64,000 nucleotides of DNA, from the NCBI GenBank assembly GCA_017499595.2, contig CM038999.1, positions 1,736,001-1,800,000 of the forward strand. The letters run 5' to 3'. Source of the stretch: Psilocybe cubensis (taxonomy: Eukaryota). Below are positions 55,178-64,000 of this stretch, piece after piece. How positions within the stretch are numbered: position 1 is the stretch's first letter; each line of letters begins with the position of its first letter. Under the pieces are notes generated by a model. That model was not told where the DNA came from, made no database searches, and saw only the letters and a list, made by a program, of their open reading frames with translations. The translations under genes and the position numbers were made by a program.

Positions 55178-55766
55178 TCAGCTAGAAAAGAGCTCCATTA
55201 TGCTCCTTTCGTGAGCCGGCTTCTTTTCAAGATATTCTCGCCTTCCTCTCAACCAGCAATTCGCCGTGTACGAAGCATACATGGACGACGTCGGAAACTA
55301 CACCCGCGCTAAAAATACACGCGCAGCGCGACTTTTCAACCGACCTACTAGCCACGGCCCAATGATAGCTGTAAAGACCATCTGCGTCAAACCCGAGGAA
55401 TTCGCAATAAAGGCTCTCCACTACGAGCATCTCACCGCAAACGAGCTTGCGGGTGTGCCTTTCCAAGCCAAAAGGACGTCGTCATGTCCGTTGAACTGAG
55501 AGTGGTTGGTCATGTACCGGATGCTTTAGTTCCGTGTTAGCGCTTTGAAACAAGATTGGGCTTACTACTGCGAGATGCTCGTCGGTGACTAGGATTTCGG
55601 GGCATTCTCTTTCGCATTGCAGAACCTCGCATACAACGTCACCAAACGACTTTCCCGGAGGAAAATGGATGTTCATTTCTTCTATAGGGCGTTCCGGTGT
55701 GGAGTCATCCGGAATGAATAAACATTGCATATCGCGAATCGCGTTAGAGGGACCGCTGGACGTCAT
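55178..55766 (-). pseudogene. Third paralogue of the small-protein family, disrupted in this sequence by an internal 235-bp inversion (55241-55475)
   Basis: Exon 1 (55766-55566, CLFIPDDSTPERPIEE...LAV) and both ends of exon 2 are on the minus strand, but the middle of exon 2 (AVYEAYMDDVGNYTRAKNTRAARLFNRPTSHGPMIAVK) reads on the plus strand. Confidence 0.8.
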
Positions 55767-56119
55767 TTTGACTTTAGTAATATTGGTCAATGAAAGTCAA
55801 TGTCAATGCTAGTTAATATGCAGTGAAATGCGTCGTACCCGGATCACGATGCAGGGATTGAGGAGAGTAGTTCCGATGTGACAGTGAAATGAAGAAAGTT
55901 TGACTTGTCTCCGCGCTCCATGCACATTCTGTGAGTCATTCCGGACTTTCTTGACTCAGTGTAATGATTAGGAAATGAGGTCTCTGATGGGGAAGACCTT
56001 ATTTGGCACCTCCAACTAGCTTCATTATGAATAAAATACTTTTCTGAAAAAGAAACTGTACGGGCGGTGACATAAAACATATGAGGGATGGACATGGCGG
56101 AATACTTTACGTCAACAAG

Positions 56120-56715
56120 CTATGAAGAGATTACAGTGAAGCCATCATTTCGGTACTTGTCAAACAGGCGTTTCTTGTACGCGTCTTGCTTCTCTATGAA
56201 CAACTTTCTTTTGTCTCGAAAAGCCCGACTCTCGATCTCTGCTTCGGATAGGGGCTCTTGATCTATCACTCGTACTGCACCGATTTCCGAGTCCTTGACA
56301 CAGACACCTTTGACGATGAGGATGGGTCCATAACTTCTAGGAAGTTGTAACAGCTCTGCAGCGCGAGTATTATATGGTCGTGTGGAGTTGCCAGTGTCGT
56401 CCATGTACGCGTCATAAACGTAGAATTTCTGCTTTGGTGGGACACCGCTGGGACTACCGTTGTACTATCGTCACAGAAGTCAAGACGGAATTGGCGGAGG
56501 GTATGGAAGAAAAAAAGACTGACAACAGCGAGTAGATCTTCCGAGTAAAGAGGTTCGGCCACTCTTCCAGGACATTTCAGTAATTGACTGATGATGGCAT
56601 TAGACTCCTGTGAGGAGGGAGGATACGGGATGTTGACCTCCGATATGGGATTGAATGGGGTAGAATCGTCTGGGATAAAAAGAGCTGGTATTTCGTGACT
56701 GAGATTAGTAGTCAT
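56120..56715 (-). CDS. Small uncharacterised protein, tandem family member 2
   Basis: Two exons: ALFIPDDSTPFNPISE...LLAV | YNGSPSGVPPKQKFYVYDAYMDDTGNSTRPYNTRAAELLQLPRSYGPILIVK... Confidence 0.75.
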
Positions 56716-56956
56716 GGTAGATATAGTAGCACAGAAATTAGAGTAACGAAGGTGAACCTAGCACGTCGGAGACATACAGTGTTTACAAACCTGAGACACC
56801 TTTCGCCTCACAGACGCGCGTCAAGCATCAGAAAAAAAGGTGTCATTTCCGTTCAGATTGCAGATAATTGTGACTGCTCGCGTCAAGGTAAGACATTATG
56901 TGAATCGAGGCGTGTTCAGGATCTTACCACCAATACAAATAAAAACAGTGTTCAAT

Positions 56957-57536
56957 TTACAGTGTAAGTACAACGACGCCTTGCTTCCTTTGGTCTTCAA
57001 TCATACGAGCCATATACGCCTCTCTCTTTTGGATGAAATCTTGTCTTTTTTCTTGGAAGTCTGTGCCCTCAAGTTCACGTTCAAGACCAACCGAATCTTC
57101 GTAATGGCGAAGGACTGCGTCAACCCGCTGCTTTTTGTAAACAGCTTTGAAAATTAGCATAGGTCCATGGCTTTTCGGTCGACGGAGAAGCCTAGCTGCC
57201 CGTGAATTAAGTGGGCGTGTTGCATTGCCATTTTCATCCATGGTAGCAACGTAAATTGTGAATTCTGTGCCGGTTGGGAGTCCATTTCCATGGCCTTCAA
57301 ACTATCAATGTCATGGAATTCAGCGCAAGCCAATGAATAAATGCGGTTTAACTTACGATTGCGAGGTATTCAGGAGAAAGGATGGTCTCATCTTCAGCAA
57401 GCTCACATTTCAGAAGTTGATGGACGCGTTGAGTGAATTGTTCAACAGAAGGAGCACTGATGGTTTTCTGCTCGATGGGTTGGTTAGGACTGGAGTCGTC
57501 CGGAATATACAGGTAAGTCCGTTGAACAGAGGGCAT
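56957..57536 (-). CDS. Small uncharacterised protein, tandem family member 1
   Basis: Two exons: YLYIPDDSSPNQPIEQ...YLAI | FEGHGNGLPTGTEFTIYVATMDENGNATRPLNSRAARLLRRPKSHGPMLIFK... Confidence 0.75.
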
Positions 57537-58057
57537 TTGGTTGATATGGATAGTATCAGAGGAAAGATGCGATACGATAAGGATGTGGTCCAGAAACCTG
57601 TAAAAGCCAAGTGGAACAGTCAAGACTCAAATTCGAAAATTGTTACCGCATTGAGATTCTAGACTAAAACTTGAATCTTTAAAGACTGTTATATGACAAA
57701 AAGAGACATTTTCAGCTCTAAATGCAATATTTACCAAACCTCAGTAGAATGAGAGTGATTTAAGAACGATGTGGTTTAGACGCAATGTTGGTTGGCGATG
57801 GCAATGCCAAGCCCCCGGGCCGAGTCCATTTGAAGCTCCGATGCCGGAGCGGGTGCCGTCGGCTATTAGTAAAGTGCCTTCCAGTGGACAGTTGATCGCT
57901 ATTGCAAACCAGTACCACAATCCCCCCATCCATATTTCATCCTTTGACGTCCACATACGACGCAATTATCAGTCATCCCATATTAACTTGCAAATCGAGC
58001 CCATACGAATCATATCTTCCATTATTCGTATTTCAATAACATCATCTGTCTTCGAGA

Positions 58058-60792
58058 ATGGATAAAACCAAGTCCAAGTTAGCTGCTTTCTTCGACAATG
58101 ATGACGAAGAAACATCGTTCCTAGTGCGACGGACAGAGTTATTTCCTCTCCGGAAGCCATCACTTACCTTAAACCCCCCATACACAGCAAAAACCTGTCG
58201 ATGACATGAAGTTGTCGCAGTACACGGCTGGAATTGTACGAAAGTCCCGACGAGAAAAGGAACAAGAAGCCGCAGATGCGAAGAAACGGGAAGAAGAAGC
58301 TAGTGCTGCTCAAGTCTACGCAGAGTATGTGAACGCGTTTGAGGGTGAAGATATTGGAAGACGATCATCAGGGTCAGCATTTGTGAGGGCGGAATCTAAT
58401 ACAGCATATGCCCCTTCTATGTCGTCTTCCGAGCGTCGAATATCACGCAGAGTACGTATCTATTATTCTTATTGGCTACAGTTATATTCAATCAACTTCC
58501 TATAGTCTCCATCTCCATCTACGACGTCTGCGCCTAAACCAAAAGGCAAAAGGGCCATGGATTCATTTCTTGAAGAAATCAAAAAGTGAGTCTGGGCCTT
58601 ATATGTTCATACATTTCGTTGATCACAGCATATGGCAGAGAGCAGGCGGAACGAGAGGCTAAATATTCACGTCATAGTACGGATTGTATATATTTTTGAT
58701 TCACTAATGTTGACTTTTCTTAAGGTCATGGTGGGCACGGCCGTTCGGTCACTGCTATGGCTGCTTACGAAGGACAGAGCGGAAGCAAAGACCGTGGCGA
58801 TCCCCAAGTAAGCGGAGAAGCAGAATTCGGTTCTGTAAATTATTGACGTTGCACCATATAAGACGACGAATCTTTTCGTTGCAAATCTCCCTCAGCATGT
58901 GACAGAACCGAACTTGGGCAAGTTCTTTGCGCGAGCTGGGCCAGTAGGCTCGGTATGTCTCTATTCAGTGACGAGCCATCACCGAAATTCATATCACCAC
59001 TTCCTTAGGTTAAAATTATGTGGCCACGCGCTGACCTACCTCCCCCTCCCGGGTCGGACTCTTCACGAAGATCGAAAGGTCCAATTCTCAATGGTTTCGT
59101 ATCGTTTATGAACAGGCGAGATGCTGAAGACGCTCTACGAGAATTTGATGGTTACGATTGGGGAGGATACGTCCTTAGAGTTGGCTGGAGCAAAGCAGTC
59201 CCTATTGCCTCCAAGCCATTGTATGGTCAGTATCTACGGTTTCTTACTGTGAAATCTACTGACATCGGACCTTTATAGTATCCTCGAACCGAATCAGAGA
59301 CAGAGGCAGTCGTAGCCGTAGTCGAAGTAGATCTCGAACTCCCGAACGACATTCGGGACGAAATCGTGATATGCGTTCTCGGCGGTCGAGAAGTCCGTCA
59401 TGGGACAGGCATCGCTCTCGTTCTCCGAGACATCGTAGGTCATATAGCAGGTCACGTCGGTATTCGAGCTCTCGTAGTCGTTCTCCCCGGAGAAATTATT
59501 CTCGAAGTCCTCAACGTACACTCCCTGACGAGGGTGAAGCGGTAACAGATACTTTCATCCGAGCTGTTGCGTTTGAGGTCAAAGGGCACGATGCTAAATA
59601 TGAAGAAACTTTACGAGAACGTGAAAAGGCGAATCCAAAGTACAATTTTCTTCTGCAACGAGACGTACGTACATGCTGCGTATTTCATTGTACTCGTTAC
59701 TGATTCAAAAGACAGCATCGAAGGCACGCATATTACAAAGGTCTTGTTGAATCTCAGGAACCGTTTAAGCCAGCTTTTGATGATGAGGTTTGTGGATCTA
59801 TGCCAATCTTACTTCTAAAGCCCGCGTTAATGAAGATTATACAGGGATACAATTCTGTTTATTCGAGTGACTCCGCTGAGGAATCAGAGCGTGAACACAC
59901 CCGAAAAAATGCTCTAGGACCCGCAGCACGAAAACGTTTTGAAGCTATGCTACGGGCACTTGCTGGAAAGCGTGGTGAGATTGCCCGTTGTATGACATTT
60001 TGCCTTGAACATGGAGAAGCAGCACATGAGGTATAAATTTTGAATTGTGTCTAGCTTCTAAGAACGGTTCACTCAATCATTCTAATCTAGGTTGCGGATA
60101 TCATCGTGTCATCGTTGCTTGTAGATGGTACTGCTGTCCCTCGTAAAGTTGCGCGTCTGCATTTGATTTGTGATATTCTGCACAATTCAGCAGCTTCGGT
60201 GCCTAGTGCTTGGAAATATCGTCAAGAATTTCAGTCACGACTAGGAATAGTATTCGACCATTTGGCCAACATCTATCACTCATTTCCTGGTCGAATAACC
60301 GCTGATTTGTTCAAGAAGCAAATCACGACTGTCGTTGATATTTGGGAAGACTGGATTGTTTTCCCACCTGATTTTACGACGGAGCTTAGGACGAGACTCG
60401 AAGGAGCTGTTATTCCCACAAATGATATTGTTGATGAGGAGGAATGCATCATTCAACCACCAGCTGCGGAGACATTTTCGTCACGATTCAAAACCAGCAG
60501 CTTCCAGCTCGCTGCACCCACCGAAGTCGTCTCAGCACAGGCGAGCGATGGCGACGGCGAGCCTATGGATGTTAGTAGTGATGACGACAAAGGAGCGAGC
60601 GATCTGGATGGTGAACCAGTCGAAGATCTTGACATTGATGGGGTGCCAATGGATGACATTGACGGTGTGCCAATAGAAGTGGCAGGGGACCAGGTCGAAG
60701 ACGATCTTGATGGCCAACCAATCAGAGATGATGTCGACGGAGTTCCCATTGACGATGACATTGATGGACTTCCACTAAACGAAACCTCATGA
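58058..60792 (+). CDS. U2SURP: U2 snRNP-associated SURP-motif protein (SR140)
   Basis: RRM (TTNLFVANLP, VKIMWPR, GFVSFMNRRDAEDALREFDG..LRVGWSK), RS-rich segment, SURP-like (EREKANPKYNFL), CID (KVARLHLICDILHNS..AWKYRQEF), acidic D[IL]DGxP repeats. Confidence 0.88.
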
Positions 60793-61003
60793 AAAGATGA
60801 CCACTTGACCATACTCATACCTGGTACATAGCTCTTATCTTATGTATACTGTTCGATGTCGCAAAATACATCTTTTTGAATCGTATTCCACGAGATTACC
60901 TGTTGCCACCGTTTCCATCCAATAGAACTAATACTACGGTAGCATCACCCACAAACAGTTAGAGATATACCTATGCAAAGCTAAATTATGTGTGTAAAAA
61001 TGT

Positions 61004-64000
61004 TTACTCTTGGCGACGTCCGCGACCAGAGTTGGACACCATCCTGAGGATGGCATCTTTTGCAGCCGTGATTTCATTTTCAGAACCTAAGTGAAACAAA
61101 TTAAAAGGGATGTTTTTATCCTTCATTTAGGAAACTCACCAATGATGACAATAGTGCTGTTTTCACGACTGACAGTAATATCAGCACCAGTCTCATTTCG
61201 AAGACGCGCAATGTTGGCACCCTTAGAGCCAACGATTCTGGGGAACGTTGATCGGTCGGGCATGGTGAGGAAACCGACATGGGACATGCGCTTGGCATTT
61301 TCGATGGCGTCCTTGACGAGTTTTTCGGCCTTGTCCAATCCAGCTTGATCGCGAGCTTTGAGTGTCCAGGTTGAATCTCCCTCCTCAGCGTCTTCGTAGT
61401 TGGGGACGACTTCCCATTCGTGATCACCAGAGGCTGTCTCAGCATCGTCAATGCGGGCAGTGGGAGTAGGGCGAGAAGGGACACCAGATGTCTGGGGTTG
61501 TGCGGAATGGTCAACCTGGACGCCGAAAGACCTGAGGGTCCTAAAGAATTGACCCTGCTGGGAAATTGCATGGTGGTACTTCAATGGTACAACAATTGTG
61601 CCTGAAGGACCAGCAACAGCAGGTGCCTTGACATTGCTCTAAGAGAATCTTAATACATAGGAATATCAGGTACTATGCGAAGTCATACCTTAAGCTCAGC
61701 AATTGCCTTCTCACAAGCATCACGGCTACCGGAAACCTTGACAATGTTGGCGGCCTCGACGCCTTCCAATTCACTGGCGTTTTCAGGGTCTCCAACTTGG
61801 TTATAAGAACGCGAGCCAGGGAACTGAATTTGAACAGAGAATTTATCCTGAACTTCGTTAAGATGTTGACCGCCACGACCAATGAGAGCACGATGTTGAG
61901 CGCTTGGAATATCAACAGCAATAATAACTGTGTCGCGCAGAACTGCAACTCTCTGCTCCAATTCGGCCTTGATCTTGGCGACAAGTTTGGGTTCACCCCT
62001 GATGCGTACCTCATCAGAAGATTCACCTTGACGAGGGCTAAGAAGAATAAGTAAAGGTCAGTTTCTTGAAACTCTGGCATGTTTGTCGAGAAAAAAAGCA
62101 TACAATCTAAGCAACCCAGCTTGCAATTTGGGGTCTGAAGGGCCGCCACATTTCGCGATGATTTCCTTAAGGCCTTGTCCACCAGCACCGATAATTGAAC
62201 GATGGAATTTGTTGTCGACAGTAACAGATGCCGTAGTCTCTTCAGTCACTTGTTCTGAAATGGCAAGAATAGCTGCCTTGGCGGCGGCCACAGCCTTCTT
62301 GGTACCACGAACAGTAATAGAAGTGGTGAGCCCACTCTCATCTGAGTTCTTGTCGATGTCAATCTGCGCCTCAGTTTCGTCCTTGATCTCATTGATGGAG
62401 GCACCACCGCGTCCAAGGATACGAGCTACCGAACGAGTTGGAACAGTGAACTTCAGGACGTTGTTTGACTCCTTCTCAAATTCCACTGCGTCCAGGAGTT
62501 CGGATTTGGCACCAGCAACACCCTTCTTTCCACCTTTGATGAGGACTTCATCGGATTTGAGTTGTTCCCTGGTCTTGCTCTCACCATTCTCAGGAGATTG
62601 TCGAGGGAAGGTAATCTTTACGGAGTACTTCTCCTCCAGGCGAATGGCATATTTTCCACTTTGCCCAATCAAAGAAGAATGGTATTGGCTGGGGATCTTG
62701 AGGATCTCAGAGGTCTCGTCGGCCTATCAAAACTTGATATAAGAGCCAAATAATTAAATCAAAGAGAGAAACTTACGAGACGATCAATTTGGGCCAGAAT
62801 GCGCTTCTTAGCCTCCTCAACGTTCTCCTTTCGTCCAGTAATCTTATATAACGCTGAGAACGCCATCTTTGTGCTAAGCTTGAGTCACACTTTACCTTGA
62901 CTTTGGACTTTTGGTGAACTGGCTTCTTCTTCTTGCTACCTTCCTTTTCTTTCTCCTCAACGTCGTCCGAAACGTCAACCTTGACACCAAGTTGATCTCG
63001 GAGCTTATTGATACCAGCACCTTGCGAGCCAACGATGCGACCAACATATTCCTTGTCGATGTCGAATTCGGTCGACTGAAAAGAAATTTGGTTCGGCTCA
63101 CTAGATAGGCAAATAATTCACATACGTAGCTGTTCACAATTTCGTCGTTCTTGGCATTTTCGACAATCTTTTGAATTTCCTTGACGGCACGATCAACATC
63201 GCTGCTGACACCGCGCACAATGATGATATCTTCTGTGGATGCACCGGCCTCAGCGCCAACCTTGATAGAAAGAGTGGTATCTTCGCCAATGATACTGTGT
63301 TAAACGTAAGTCTGTTATCGTGTGAAAGGATAGACAATCAACGGACGCATTCAGAGTTGTCCCACCATTACCCACGACAGCGTCATGCCAACGCTTGTCA
63401 ACCTCAATAGTCTCCGTTTTAACGTCAGCAGCATCCCGAGCCAGTTTCAGGAGTTCTTTCTCAACATCATCCAGATGTTTTTTCTTCTCATCGGGAGAAA
63501 GAGAAGCTCCGGTACTGAGAGGATCGTAAACCAAAAGAATGTGGGAAGACTCCAATGACTCGCTCGGGAAGTAGGCCTGAACATTATGAACGTCATGGAA
63601 TTGCTTGATCCTGCGACACCGTGAATTTCAAAACAAACAAATCAACATCAAAACATACTTTTTACTGTTCTTTCCAGTGATAACGCGATGTAAAAGCCAA
63701 TCAACGGTGACGTCCCTTGTTCCACCGATCAATTTACCAATGAGTTCCGAAACCTGTTTGACGACAGCATCCACCTCAGGCTTATCGCCAACCAAGTCAA
63801 TGCTAAGGGCCGAAGACGTGGCGTCTGCGGAGGGGAGAAACACGTCGACGGTAGGGTGGCTGGCCTTGATAAGCTTGGTATATTGAACACGGGTCAAGTA
63901 CGTAGCGAGTTGCTTTGAAAGAGCGATGGGTCCAGGCAGAGTCAATTCGTGGATGTACTTGGAATTGGCCTGTTCCATGACAGCAGCGAGTCCAGCGGGA
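61004..64000 (-). CDS. SCP160: Vigilin/Scp160 multi-KH-domain RNA-binding protein (3' part; gene starts beyond the window)
   Basis: Repeated KH GxxG loops: VVGNGGTTLN, IVGSQGAG, LIGQSGKYAIRLEEKY, ILGRGGASINEIK, IIGAGGQG, LIGRGGQHLN, IVGSKGANIARLR. Confidence 0.92.

Noticed and set aside
2819-60792. Apparent clustering of RNA-processing genes (SLU7, SNAPC3, U2SURP)
   Set aside because: They are tens of kb apart among unrelated genes, as expected by chance.
62083-62742. 219-aa plus-strand ORF, and similar long antisense ORFs over MKK1 and prpD
   Set aside because: Antisense shadows of well-supported genes on the opposite strand.

Overview
Intron-rich fungal chromosome segment. The short ~50-nt GT-AG introns and the gene content point to an Agaricomycete (mushroom-forming basidiomycete); this is inference. 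I find about 25 protein-coding loci. Most are housekeeping genes: PEX1 (partial), SLU7, a LIG1-family ligase, RNase H2B, PrpD, SNAPC3, COG7, NAA50, an Mkk1/Pek1-type MAPKK, PP5, U2SURP and SCP160 (partial). There is also a tandem triplet of Zn2Cys6/Fungal_trans transcription factors, a secreted A1 aspartic protease, a secreted GH23 lysozyme-like protein and a Pcl-type cyclin. Two observations stand out. (1) In a tandem array of three small uncharacterised paralogues (55.2-57.5 kb), the third copy has a 235-bp piece of exon 2 precisely inverted between CCTT/AAGG 4-bp inverted repeats, and flipping it back gives an uninterrupted 172-codon ORF. (2) A small five-exon gene (46.5-47.2 kb) resembles type-1 cystatins (stefins) but lacks QxVxG. 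I found no convincing RNA genes, transposons or CRISPR arrays. Gene boundaries were spliced by eye and are approximate.
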